Part shown: positions 49,403 to 63,119 of the stretch, in pieces
Numbering within the stretch: the stretch's first letter is position 1
Layout of the letters: each line of letters starts with the position of its first letter
DNA from: Podarcis filfolensis
Lineage: Eukaryota
Length of the DNA: 64,000 nucleotides
NCBI GenBank assembly: GCA_964270895.1
Contig: OZ185441.1
Direction: 5' to 3' (one strand)
Notes under the pieces: model-generated
What the model was told of the DNA's origin: nothing
What the model saw: the letters and a program-made list of their open reading frames with translations, nothing else
Database searches by the model: none
Made by a program: the position numbers and the translations under genes

Positions 49403-51849
49403 AAGCAGCATACAACATTTGCCAACTATCAATATTTCTGCCACTGCAAATACATTTAATATTAGAGAGTTTTGCTCATTATTTATTATATTATCAAAGT
49501 AACCCAGCTGGATAAAAAGGAATCCCATAACTGGTCACCAACCTGACTACAGTAAAGATATAATTACTCCCCACCCACCTGTTTTAGATTTTCTTTAGCC
49601 CAATACATTATTTTATAATGGTTCTCTTAAGTACAAGAATGTGCTGTGGGCCATTTGTATTATGGACCCAAACGACTTCTGAATATCAGCATCATTTATT
49701 TATTTAAAACATCTGACCCCTGAACCATTTCCATAACAAAGCCAGAATCCAAAGTTCTGGTCAATTATTCTGCATAACTTAAAAGGTTTTAGATGTTGTA
49801 AGGGAAACATATTCTGAAACTGAGCTGTGTTGCAAAAGCAGTTTGTGATATGGCATGGTGGTCTACTATTCCAAACAAAAGTAAAGAAAACTCGTACTGG
49901 GTTATTCCAGTCAACTGGGTCAAAGGTTGTAACTAAATTCATCGTTTGCATGATCAGACTTGCATGCTATAGTTCAAGTATGCCATTCTCGGTTGCTTTA
50001 ATTGTTAACATATACTTGTTAACATATAATTGTTTTTGATTAGTTGTATACTGCTTTGAAAAGATGGGAGCAGAAAATCAGTCTTTATAAATGACAAGAA
50101 ATACAGAAGAAATAAATCCCTGCAAATGCAAAGGCCCACACTTGATCTACCAGTTCAAGTGTTAGTATTGTTTATGTGACTCAGTCACATTTATTTGTTC
50201 CATATATAATGTAACATTACAATGTGAAATAAATGTCTGTGTCACGAGGAGTTCTGCTTGAGTTGTCTTTCATATATCAAGGCAGTAGAAAAATATAACA
50301 TTTCAATTGCATATAAAGTAGAATTACATTTTCCCATTAGTAAAGAAAGTTCATATTTGTCCTATTGCTTTAAAAATGAAGTCTGCTATTTGGAAAGTTT
50401 GCCTTCTTCACCCTCGTTTTTTCTTACAATATCAAAGAAGCACAGTAAAGAGGAAATAAACAGATACCACTGAGGCCTGTTCAGGGGGTAGCTGTGTGAT
50501 ATATAGCAGCAGACAACGTAGGCATGAAAGGTTTTCCCTGGCTCTCCTTTATAACAGATTCTGAAATTCTCATCTTGAGACTAATTACCATTTTAGGGGG
50601 AAAAGAGACTAATGATTAAAGAGTCCACCTTTTTATTCAGTCATGCTGTCAATTGTATGCAGAACTTGAAACATATTAAGAGAGGTATGCGCTGTAGGCA
50701 TCCATCTTCTGTAGCTTTTATGAAGCTAAGTAGGAGGCCTTTTTAAAACTAATGCAAATATATTCGGAGATGTCCTGTGATACACCAAAGCTACATCTGT
50801 GAAAAGGCCACCTTTGATCCATATAGTAGGTAACTCAAGGACCCATATGATATGACTCTGTGATAGCACTTCGGAGCTAGAGGTTATATTGATACCTCTA
50901 GATGCCACCATGCTTTGTAACCACAATTCAACCCTTTGATTTTATGCTAATATACATATCCTGAATAATTTCAAACACATGTCGCCTTTCTTCTTGTCTC
51001 TATGAAAATTGGTTGGTTTCTATGAAAATTCTAACTACAAATGTTTCCCTTTTCCATACAAAGGACAGTCAATGCTGTGTCATTCACACAATGCCTCAAT
51101 AAGAGATAAAGTTTGTGCTTAGACTTATGCTGGGTATCTGAATGTACTTTCCACATAGTAAAACTTTGTTGTAGAAGCAGTAATTAAACCTTTCTATAAC
51201 TGCAAAAGGAAAACTTCTAGCTTTTTGGTCTCTGAAATGACAAATGTCATCATGTTGAAAACTGCCGTGTTATTATATGTAAAGAAAAGGATTCAGTGGC
51301 TGCTTCTCCTTTTAGAATTACTTTATAGTTTTCTCAACGAATTAAGAATGGGAAGTCACATCCTTGGGCTTACAAGCGTAATCATAGGTGGCTATGTATT
51401 TTAAACCATCCAGCATAAATCACCATCCCAAAATTGTGCAGTAAACAGTCCGTAATGCAAGAATTCTGAACAAGTGCACCAAAACTCATAGGGAAGTCTT
51501 GAAGGGAAAATTCTATGCTGCCCACATTTTGTGGTTGGGCTAGTACACAAAGCACTTAGACCAAGTCAAAATACTTTATATATTGCCAATTTAGGGTGCA
51601 CACCATGTGCATACATACGTGCATACTGACACTTTTATTTCATTATGACCTATTAAATAACAAGTTCAACCTGATTCCATATGGCAACATTTGTATTTTA
51701 TTGGGGAGGGGGGATCAGTTACATAAATTAGAGCCTTAGCAGTCAGGTAAGATAAAACATGCAGAAAATAAACATGGAAATGTGTATCCCATTTATTTAT
51801 CTAAATGAAATCTTTCCAGTCATATTATTTCTGTATTTGCAGAAAAAGA

Positions 51850-52680
51850 TGGTCTCTGACACAGCCATCAACAGACCCTGCCTGTCTTGGAAGAGCTGGA
51901 TGTCCCTCCCTCTCTCCCTTAATGAGCTGAAGAACACCATCAACACTCAGGCATGTGGCAAAGACAGAATCCCGACAGAAGAGTTGGAAGCCAGATCCAT
52001 TCCCCCCTCACGACACACCTCCATGGCCTCCTCTTGTGGTGTTTGGAACAAGGATTCGTGCCACGAGACATGCATGACTCCAGCATTGTGACCTTCTACA
52101 AGAACAAAGGTGACCACCATGACTGTAACAACGATTGTGGGATCTCCCTGCTGAGTACGGTGGGGGAAACCTTCTCCTGTGTAGTTCTCAACAGAGTAGT
52201 GTCGCTGACTGGGTCTATCTTGAGTCATAATGTGGCTTTTGAGCTCTGAGATCAACAGTCAACATGATTTTCGCACTGCACCAGCTGCAGGAGAATTACC
52301 GAGAGAAGAGATGTCCCTTGAACCTCACCTACATAAACCTGACAAAGGCTTTTGACCTTGTCAGTTAAAAGGACTCTTCACACTGCTCAACAAGATAGAA
52401 TGCCCACCTAACCGTCACAAGATGATTGTGCCCTTCCATGAGAATATGTGCAGCACCGTCCAATATGATGGCTCATACTCAAATGCCTTCCGTATAAACA
52501 GCAGTGTAATATAGGGCTGTGTTGTTGCCCTGATTCTCTTTGACATATTAATATGTCATATTAATAGTTCTCCCTGTTGCTCTCATATGCCTTCAGCTTG
52601 GCTGAAGCAGGTGTGTACCTCCATTCAAGGAGCGACAGGGGTTCTATTCAACTTGGTATGTCTTCAAGACGAAAGTGCAG
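51850..52680 (+). mobile_element. Degenerate RTE-clade LINE reverse transcriptase fragment
   Basis: DMHDSSIVTFYKNKGDHHDCNNDCGISLLSTVGETFSCVVLNR, RSTVNMIFALHQLQE...LTKAFDLVS and NSSVI*GCVVALILFDI correspond to RT subdomains; frameshifts and a stop are present. Confidence 0.85.
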
Positions 52681-54137
52681 GGAGCCCTCTTCTGAGAGAT
52701 GTTGAGGGGGCAGGTAAGCCCCACCCTGCATAATCGATCACAATGCACACACACCATTTGAATTACAATGCCCATCAACTTGGGGGTGGGTGGGTTCATC
52801 CTCCTCAAATATTTTATGGGGGAGCTGAAAAGACCTTGGCTCCTAGGAGTTGGCTCCTATGCCTGGTAGATACAGTTGGGACAACCTAATCTAACACAAC
52901 ACTATGTGCTGGTAATGATATTTATTTGTTTAGCGGAGGAGTTGAGCAGAAGCATCTAGGAAGCCTCTGAGTCAGTGGAAGTGTATTAATAATGATTGTG
53001 GATGACAGGAGAAAGACTGGGCTATGTTTTTTTTTGGGGGGGGGCTTAGAAACTTCGGAGGGCTGTGCTGCACTTCGTCCAAGAGAGAAGCCTTCACTGC
53101 TACCAAGCACTGGCCTGGCATTAAGGAATAACACAACCCACAGTGACAGAGGGCTCACAGTCACCAAGGACTAGCATGCAGGACATTTGCCTAATTCTTC
53201 CTTCCGTTCACAGACTGACTCAGTCAGTCAGATGTTCCTCCCCCTATATAACAGCCACACAAAGCTCAAAACATATGATGCCAGCAAAAAAACAGTGATA
53301 AAATTGAAAGTAGCCACAAGCTTAATATATGATCATGTAGAATAGCCAAGACAGAGATAATTTCAAACAGCACCCATGCAGCACCCGTATTTTGAGGAAT
53401 CCTGAGGAATCCCTCATGTGCCTATAGTTTCATGTACACCAACCTTGCCTTCCAATTGGCATTACAAACCCAAAATGTGTAACTGTTAATCTATTGTTTA
53501 TTCAATGCCACCGACAGAAGTTAATAGATGGTTATAAACTAATTGAGTGTGTCTGTACTGTTATCTCCTCATTCATCTCACTTTTTCAATTTAGCTTCGT
53601 TAGTGTTCCATATGGTACAGTGGCCCTGCTGCTTGGAGCAGCCATTCCCCACAAAAAAAGCCCTTCTAACAACAGGAAGCTAATAGTTTAACTGTTCCTC
53701 TAAATTTGTTTGACAAAACTGACATTTAGCGCATCATGTCACGTTGTCAGTAATCTGCAATTTACCCCTAGGCAGTCAGTGGATGCTCGTTTTATTTACT
53801 TCTCATAGTTAAGAGCGTAATTAATATTCTACTCTGAAACAAAGATTAGAGATTTGACAAACATTGTAATTTAAATTCTCCATTATAGCAAACATTAAAA
53901 TCAAGCATCTTCTATATGCGCCATTACGTAAATGACACGTGTAGCTGTAATTTAACTTTTTAGATTTTAATACCACAAACTAATTTCTGCTGTCAGTTTA
54001 ATGAGTTGGAAAACACAAATCTTAGCACTCTTGCACAGACTAATAGTTAAATTAGATGGAGAGCATGGTTTGGTTATTTTAACTCTTTAACTATCCCATG
54101 CAAGACTATAAATTATGGAGGGATATTACATTAAAAT

Positions 54138-54570
54138 TAGTGATGTATGGAAGTGAGAGCTGGACGATAAAGAAGGCTGATCGCCGAAGAATTGATGCTT
54201 TTGAATTATGGTGCTGGAGGAGACTCTTGAGAGTCCCATGGACTGCAAGAAGATCAAACGTATCCATTCTTAAGGCAATCAGCCCTGAGTGCTCACTGGA
54301 AGGACAGATCGTGAAGCTGAGGCTCCAATACTTTGGCCACCTCATGAGAAGAGAAGACTCCCTGGAAAAGACCCTGATGTTGGGAAAGATGGAGGGCACA
54401 AGGAGAAGGGGACGACAGAGGATGAGATGGTTGGATGGTGTTCTTGAAGCTACCAGCATGAGTTTGATCAAACTGCGGGAGGCAGTGGAGGACAGAAGTG
54501 CCTGGAGTGCTCTGGTCCATGGGGTCACGAGCAGTCGGACACGACTAAACGACTAAACAACAACAACAAC
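54138..54570 (+). mobile_element. Bov-B (RTE) LINE 3' fragment
   Basis: VMYGSESWTIKKADRRRIDAFELWCWRRLLRVPWTARRSN...; (CAA)n tail; 13-bp TSD ATTACATTAAAAT at 54125-54137 and 54571-54583. Confidence 0.94.
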
Positions 54571-55322
54571 ATTACATTAAAATGTTTTAGCTGCTAAATG
54601 GGTATAATTTACAAAGAGCTCAGGAGTAACTGCTAAGGCAACATTTCTATATTTTGTTCTATATTACTGTGACTTTGATAAGAAAATAAAGAATAGACTG
54701 TGGGTCTTTTACAATAGAGTATGATGGCCGCTGTTCACTTAGAATTCCAGCAAGCGCACACATACATTTAAGTCAAGGGCATTAGGAACATAGAAAGCTA
54801 CCTTCTATAAAGCCAGTCCACTGGTCCACCTAGTCTTTCGAAACCGTATCTGGAGATGCTAGTGATTGTGCCTGGAGCATCTGTATGGAATGCATGTGCT
54901 AATACCATATTGTGTAGTAATGAGTCTATAGTGTGTGAGTGCTGTTCATTGAATAAATCTACTAATTACCATAACAATTATATAGTGTCAGTAATGACTT
55001 TGTCATAGCAACATATTACCAGAATTCACTGTGAAAACTCATTGTGTGGGGAGATTATTATACAAAGTCCAAATTAACACATAACAATTTAAAACACACA
55101 CACACCCCAAATAAAAATAAAACAACACCCAATAGAAATAATAAGCTTTCCCATACCCAACCTCAAATGCCTGCTAGGCAAATTGCATATTCTCTCCATT
55201 ATCCTATGGTTTGGTGTTAGCTTGATTCACATCCAGGACTGACGTTTCCATTTCAAGGCCACCCTGGCATTGGGCTAACATATTGTTATGAGTTTGGAGG
55301 AGGTGGCAGAACTGGTTAAGTA

Positions 55323-55660
55323 CCGTATATACTTGTGTATAAGCTGAGTTTTTCAGCACATTTTTAATGCTGAAAAAGCCCCCCTCGGCTTATACTTGAG
55401 TGAGGGTCCCACTTACTGTTTGCTGCCACTGCTCCTGCTGCTGCCGCTCTGCCAAGCGCGGCTCCTGTGCCTGCCCTTGCGAGTGGCAGAGGCTGTTGTC
55501 GACGGTGGAGGAGGAACAAGCAGCCCGAAAGCAGCCCTTTCGGGCTGCTCCTTCCTCCTCTTCCGCCTTTGCTGCTGTCGGCATTTCCCACCCTAGGCTT
55601 ATACTCAAGTCAATAAGTTTTCCCAGTTTTATGTGGTAAAATTAGGTGCCTCGACTTATA
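55323..55660. mobile_element. Tc2-like (Tc1/mariner) non-autonomous element lacking its right terminus
   Basis: TA|CCGTATATACTTGTGTATAAGC left end, repeated ggcttatactc subterminal motifs and a GC-rich filler; ends abruptly at the Tigger MITE. Confidence 0.65.
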
Positions 55661-55886
55661 CAGTGGTACCTCGGGTTAAGTACTTAATTCGTCCCGGAGG
55701 TCCGTACTTAACGTGAAACTGTTCTTAACCTGAAGCACCACTTTAGCTAATGGGGCCTCCTGCTGCTGCCGTGCCGCCGGAGCACAATTTCTGTTCTCAT
55801 CCTGAAGCAAAGTTATTAACCTGAAGCACTATTTCTGGGTTAGCGGAGTCTGTAACCTGAAGCGTATGTAACCCGAGGTACCACTG
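55661..55886 (+). mobile_element. Tigger/pogo-like MITE, 226 bp
   Basis: TA TSD; TIR CAGTGGTACCTCGGGTT. Confidence 0.92.
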
Positions 55887-56233
55887 TAGTCCCTCAGTGC
55901 AAAATTACAACAAAAATCCATATCCAAAATGCTTGCCTCCATTTGAAAAATGATTCCAGCTTCCAAGTTGGTCCATATTATTTATACCAATGATGGTTTC
56001 TCTTGCAAGGTTAAGTGACAATGAGGCCATATAGACAGATTGGGGAAGTGTAGGCGCCTCTCAGGAAAACAAATGGACTACAGCTCTAATTTATGGTAAT
56101 TTGGGCTGGAATTCTAGCTTCATAAATTTTGTGCGACTGATTAAAATTATTATTATGTAGAACACCTCTAGGCAACTGTACTGGCTCATTAAACACGGAA
56201 GCCTGAAATTATCTGCTCTGTAAGAAGTGTGTG

Positions 56234-56236
<3 letters not shown>

Positions 56237-56297
<61 letters not shown>
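56237..56297. repeat. Compound (TG)n(AG)n microsatellite
   Basis: Seen directly. Confidence 0.97.
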
Positions 56298-56302
<5 letters not shown>

Positions 56303-56744
56303 AATATTAAGCAGCAGGAAGGAAAAGAGTTGGAAATATTTTCAAACCTTCTCCTCAGTCAATCTTGAGACACACCCACAAAGAATACAGACTTGATAAA
56401 GAGGCTGCTGTGTCTCTCTCTTCTCAATCTATGCTAGTGAGAAGCTACTGACTCTCCTGACTCCTGCACAAGACTTCATTAGTCACTGCCAACTTCAATC
56501 TGTTTCAGTTGTTTTACATTCAATTCCCAAAGGAAGAACACTCTCCCCAGTGATCACAGCGGGCTAAACTTATGAAAGATGAACTGGCTCATTTTGTAAT
56601 AGATCTCGACTCATTCTACCAGCTCCAAATTGGGGGGGGGGACACACATACCCTATAAATATTATTAAAAGGAAGGGGGTGTGCTCAAATATATGCAGTG
56701 GTCAATTTCATTAACTATGAACCCCGAAATTTGTTATCCCCTCC

Positions 56745-57290
56745 AAACCAGTTCCAAAGCTTTTCAGCCATTTTGCAGCATGAAGCCCATGTTTTGCAGC
56801 ACTCTCACACTGAGTAACTGATACAGCAAACCAGAGTTCACAGTTCATACACAGAAATCCAACAGTGTCCTATTCACTCAAAACTGGTGCCAAAGTTTTG
56901 CAATCGTTTTGCATACATTTTCAGTGAAAACCCCACATTTTGTGGTGCCCCCAAACTGAGTAAATGATGCTCAAACTGGGATCATAGGTATTAAAATGAA
57001 ACTCAACAGCGCCTGATTCACTCCAAATGGTTGCCAAAGTTTTGCAGCATTTTGCAGCGAAAACCCCATGTTTCACAGTGCCCCCCAAAACACAGCAAGT
57101 AAATACATCAAACCAGGCTTCAAAGTTAATGCCACTGTAGTTAACAGCACTCAAATTCCCACATTGTCTAATTTACTTCAAACCAGTGCCAAAGTTTTGC
57201 AATTATTTTGCTACAGTTTACAGAGCAAACCCCATGTTTTGCCATGTCTCCAGAATTGAATTATTGATACTCAAACCAGGGGTCAAATGC
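56745..57290. repeat. Degenerate tandem repeat, about 4 units of 136-155 bp
   Basis: The motif aaac(c/t)(a/g)gt(g/t)ccaaag(t/c)ttt(t)gca...aaaccccatgttt recurs at about 56745, 56881, 57025 and 57180. Confidence 0.75.
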
Positions 57291-58164
57291 AACATTTGGT
57301 GACTTGCATACTTCTGACTTAATGGGATTTAAAAAAAAATATTATTACTTGTAGAAAACAAAAATACATACCAAATGAAAGTAAGTACCTGTACAGTTCT
57401 GTTTAAAGTTGCCAAGTTTTATACAATCATTAAGCACAACCCAGGCAGTCAACATAACCACAATTTTTTTTTAAAATGGAACCAAAGCTTAAAAACAAAC
57501 CAACAACCTTCTCAAAATTGATTGTAAACATTCACCCTTTCTGCTATTAGGCGATCTTAAGGAATCAGCCCAGCATCAGAGTTGTATGCAACTGAAGAGT
57601 TATATGCAACAAATTTATGTTTGGGGGAATTCCAAAGTCTTGGGCAAACCAACCAGCCTCTCAAATGAACCCTTCTATGGCTGTCAGTGTAGTGGTCTTG
57701 GCATATTAATTTATAAAGGGAGATTGTGTCCTTTTTCAGTCAGCTAAGGGAATTGTCCTGAGCATGGCCCTTAGGCCTAATTCAGCTACAGCTTGGCTAC
57801 TTTTTGATAAAAGGTCATGTTTAATTTTTTCCTAGGGACAAGAAAATCTTATAAAAATTACACCAACAGTTTCTATTCTTAAGTGGATTGGTGGAGATAA
57901 TCATGTGGCAGAAACCTATCAAGCTTACTGCTCATACAATGATCACTGACATGCTTTTTGGGTTTTGTGTAGCTGACTTTTTCTTTAGCAGTCTTGTGGT
58001 GGCAGAAGAGCTGTATATCTGTTGATATCTCATTGTAAGTCTGTCATCACATCTAGATACAAGGTTTTAGTCCACTTCTGTAAATGATATAAAATATTTC
58101 TCTTTAAAAGTAATCCTGAACCATGTTCATTACTTCCCCCTTTTATTCACCTACTTGGAATGTA

Positions 58165-58395
58165 CAGTGGTATCTCTGGTTACAAACTTAATTTGTTCCA
58201 GAGGTCCATTCTTAACCTGAATCCGTTCTTAAGCTGAGGTACCACTTTAGCTAATGGGGCCTCCTGCCACTGCCACGTGATTTCTTTTCTCATTCTGGGG
58301 CAAAGTTCTTAACCCAAGGTACTACTTCTGGGTTAGCGGAGTCTGTAACCCGAAGTGTTTGTAACCCGAGGTGTTTGTAACCCGAGGTACCACTG
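58165..58395 (+). mobile_element. Tigger/pogo-like MITE, older and more diverged copy
   Basis: TA|cagtggtatctc ... gaggtaccactg|TA. Confidence 0.88.
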
Positions 58396-61300
58396 TAATT
58401 AGGTAGCTAATGACTCATGAAAGCATAAAGAGAAAATATTGAGTAGCAACAATGCCATAGAAATAACATGAAACAAGTTCATTAAGTGTACTTTCACCTG
58501 GACAAAGCAGGTACGTAAAGGAGGTTTTTTCTTAATATCTCCCTTCTTAAAAATAATTATTTCATCATAATTTTGTTGATTTTCTTCTTTACATACCCTG
58601 CTTTTTTAACCACACAGAATGCAAATTTTCAGCATCATTGCTAGAGCTACGTTTCTTTCTAATAGTCTTAAAGCAATCTAGTATTTGATTTCTTAAGACT
58701 TCCAAATATATCACTAATAGAACCTTACTTGCACAGTCTATTGTGAATTAAATGCCATCAGATAAAGGTTGCTTCCTTACCATGATATACTGCAATTATT
58801 TTGTGAAAACTTCCAAAACTTACTTTGGTGTTTCATAAACCTTATTCTCCAAGTAAAACAGTTTCCTGAACATGGAAAAACCCCAACAAATAGATGCTGC
58901 ACTCTGAAACCATTATGCACCTAAAATGAAATTCATTTACACATACAGACATTATAGGCAGAGATGAAAAGATAGGCAATAATGTAGGAACGTTAACTAT
59001 GGGTAAACATTTCAGCAGAATGGTTCTGAACTGAAAGCTGCAACATTTATTTTGGATGTGTCAATTTGTTCTGAAATACCTGCATAATAAGTGCTGCTGT
59101 GTGTTGACATTTTGCATCGTATGGCTAATGGAGGAAGCGTAATGGAAGCATGATAGGCAGGAATGTGACAGTCAATATATCTAGCATTTGACTTTTAACT
59201 ATACCTCTCCTAGTGAAAACCTTTTGAATTGTAATTTTATGACACTGCAGATAACTAGGGAAACTCCACCAGGCACTGCAGAATACTGCACCATTTCCGT
59301 TCAAGTAAATGGAGCTTGCACAGAGCACCCCGACAAGGCCTATTAAATTGCACAGAGGCTGAATACAAATCGGCTGCTCTTGCTGTCTTGCAGTTGAACT
59401 TTTAGATGGGGACATTTTCAATGCACGTTTGCCTGTTCAAGCCTCTCAAAACCAAACTGTATTTATTTATTTTAATTGTACTTTGGATCTTTTTGTTACC
59501 TGAGATCACTCATCCCTAAACTGGAAACTCAGCCCCTTGGCACTCATTTAACACTGCTACACGAAAGTGTTGAGTGGAAAACAGATCATTAACAAATAGA
59601 AGTTAAGGCTTGCAAATTGTACAGAGACGCATGGGCGCAGGTCACAAACAGGAGAATCTTTCTAAAAACTATAAACTCTAATTGAAACGACTCAACAAAT
59701 TATTTTGCTCGTGCTTACTATTTGTTGTGATTTACTTACATATCAATGCATTTGGGCCTATTGCAATGAGGGAAAGTGATGTTCTGCCACCGTCACATTC
59801 AAACAAGGTAACATACTTGTTCATTATAGTACTCTGAACCTGCTGTATCAGCAGGTACAAATCCATGTAATGCAGACTCAGCTTTTTACTCATGAAGAAA
59901 GGAAACCATGAAGTTTTCGATATTTGAAAGTAAGAACTGTATGAACAGAAGCCTGCTTTGAAGTTTTAAGCTCGTTTCATTTCCCCACCCCTGCTGCACC
60001 ACACCTAAGAAAAGGATGTATAATCTCTGTGCTAAATTTAACTTACTATGTTATAGTATAAACATGTCCTGCAATTGCAGATGAGTCCATAGGGTTGTTA
60101 TTGTAACTGAGGGGCAAAGCATCAGCCGCATTTTAATTCTGTCAGTTTTCCATGTCCGTTTCAAATCTCCTGAAACAAAACCCAAGTAGGCTCTTTTCTG
60201 CCATATTCTGAACAAATACTGCAGTCAGATGATCTGCTGCCATTGTTCCCATTGCAATGAGGTTAAAGATTAATTATAATACTATCTGAAGTTTTGTTAG
60301 CATACATTTTTGGAGGCATGCCATTTTGAATAGTGGTGAAATGTGAAGCCCCAACTCACTGGTGCCACGTGACCTACTTTTTATCAGACATTAAAAAAAA
60401 AAAAAAAAACCACACACTATTTTTTAAAGAGTTTTTGATTACAAAAGAAAAGTGCTGAGAACATGCCTGCAGTAGAAGAGTCGGAGTGGAACTTTTAAAT
60501 ACATTGAAATAGTATAATTTAAGTTAGGTAACTACAGCATTTTGAGTTTCCAAGTCTTTCATACTTCAGAGACTACTCCTAAAATTTGGGGTGTGTGCAC
60601 CATAGAGGAAGGGATTGGGCTCAGAGCTCCTTATATCTATGTCATAGACAAGTGTTGGGAGGTAGATTTTTTGCAACTGCAGCAACAGCTACCAGAACCA
60701 ACGTTTTAATAAAACAGAGAAGCCCTTATGATGCCATAAACTGCCTGGTGATATCAAGAAAGATGGAACACCAGTGTTTCACAAACATATAAATATCCAA
60801 TGCGATGCATAGGAATATAGAAAGCTGCCTTAGACTGAGTCAGCGCTTGCAACGTATGGATTGTGTGTGTTGCTCTAGAACGAAGCATCTTATGCAAACC
60901 GCAGTAAGTAACTGTGTCCTGATTTGCTAGGTATTTCCAAGCTCAAGGAAAGACAGGTATTGGGAAGAATTTGTCTTCTTGTTGCCCTGCCTGAACACTA
61001 TTTTTCCATGGGGGGAAAAGTTGTTTTTTCTCTCCCACTCTGGAAATAGGAATAGGTCATGCAGGATCCACTCAGGAAGATAGGCAGAGTGATTATAAAA
61101 TGGGAGAATAGGAATGGGAGCGTGGTCAAGCTCTGGGATTAAAAGGGGAGGAACTGGCTGCTTTTGGTGGCCTGCTGTCCATTTGTCTTATGGGCCAACT
61201 ATCCCCAAGTACTTCTCTAATGATCTACATGTAGGCTCCTATAATGTTTTCATTCTTTTATAGTTCTGCTGTACGGAATCCATGGTGCATTCACGATGTA

Positions 61301-62854
61301 TTCCTTATCATTCTTTTTCCATCCCACAGTTCTTAATGTACTGTTTTGGTTTTGCTGCAATTATAAATCAAGATATAGGCCAAGTATGTCTCCCAGACAC
61401 ATACTTCTCAGTCTCATCACCACCTTCAATCAAGTTCAAATGGAGTTTTTATCAAGATTTAAGTGAAATGAATTATAGAAAAATGACCTTCCTTATCACA
61501 ATACTTTTCATTTCTTTCTCATTATAGCACCTTTCAGTGATACAGCTAGTAGGCTGCAGACCATTTCCTTTCATTTCTGGATTTTTCACTCCTTCAAAGC
61601 TGTTACAGACATCAAGGTATAGTCTACTTAAAAAAAAGAACTTTCTAAGAATCCATTGTGCTTTCAAAACTAATCTTCCTTCTATTTATATATCAACAGG
61701 AGGGGGGAAAACCCCCTATCCACTGCAGTATTTCACTAAATAACTACAGGGATTTCAAAAAGAAAACATGACAATTTCACTCCAAAATGTCAAGATTCAA
61801 TTCTCCCCACTATGCTTCTCGGCGCACACAAAGAAAAGGATGAAATACATCCCAAAGTGTCATGAACGAGCACCAATAAAAAATGTCACATTTGGGTAGA
61901 TGGCTATTGATGGAGCTCTGAGAAGAACAGTAAGAGGTAGTCACTGATAATAGTAATAGTCACACACACACACACACACACACTGTACTAAGCAGAGAAA
62001 AGTATTACAACAGAAGAGGTAAGCAACAAAACAGCCTAGGATGAATAATAGCCAGCAATGACACAAAATATAAACTCACTATCTACAAGCACCCACCACG
62101 GATTGACTGGATTTGTGCAGTTTTTCAGTCTTTCAAGAAAACTAGCAGTGGCAGCTGAAATGATCAGATGGTTTGACGCATTAAAGTTTTCCCACCTCCA
62201 TTTACTTAGTAAATGCTTGTGTTCCAGAGAGGAGGATTATAAAAGAACCAAAGATACTTTTAACTTCAGCAGTCAGTGAGTGAAAAACCTCCTGCTACAA
62301 ATTTTCACGACAGCCTTTTATCACTGGGAATAAAATACATAAACAGTTACGCTGGAAAAGAATGAATCATGCCCAGGTATAATGAATTGTTATTTCTAAT
62401 GCATTGCATTTAACAATACTGAAGGGTACTGTGTAGGTTGAAGCATCCAGGTGCCAACTCTTTCTCAATGCAACACGTGGATTATACTGATCTGTTGTGT
62501 TTTCCATCTACTTAGAAATAACAAGAGGAAAATGAAATATAAAATGGCCAGAATTATCCTGGGGCTGATTATAAATAGTTAGAACTTCAGGGTTTAAAAA
62601 ACAAAATATAAGATGTTCATAAAATCATTAATTTGTATAGATTTTATTATAACATGTAAAAATATTCTCATAGTTTCAAAACGCAGGAATAAAGGCTCAC
62701 TCATTTAAACTGATAAGCAGTTGGAAAATAAACAAAAAGAAGTAGTTGTTCACATAATACAAGCCTGATCTGTGAAAGCCATTGTTGCACGATAGTGTAA
62801 CAGTCACTAGCATAAAATAATTTAAAAGGGTTAGAAAAATTATGGAGGTATATT

Positions 62855-63119
62855 TCACAGAATCATCGGAAGGGATTGGGGGGGGGGTGTCATCTAGTCC
62901 AACCCCCTGCAACGCAGGAATCACACCTATAGAATCCCTGACAGGTGGCCATCCAAACTGCTTAAACATATCCAATGCTGGAGAATCCACAACCTTCCAA
63001 GGTAGTTCCTTCCACTGTTGAACAGCTCTTACTGTCAGAAAGTTCTTTGTAATGTGTAGTTGGAATCTCCTTTCTTGTAATTTGAATCCATTGGTTCAGG
63101 TCCTACCCTCTAGAGCAAA
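62855..63119 (-). mobile_element. CR1 LINE 3' fragment
   Basis: cacagaatcatcggaaggga...catctagtccaacccc...ccacaaccttccaaggtag...aacagctcttactgtcagaaag is the reverse complement of a CR1 3' end. Confidence 0.85.

Noticed and set aside
59814-59845. Short segment with a GTATGT donor and nearby acceptors on the minus strand
   Set aside because: The possible exon lengths (17, 23 or 26 nt) do not preserve the frame and the polypyrimidine tract is poor.
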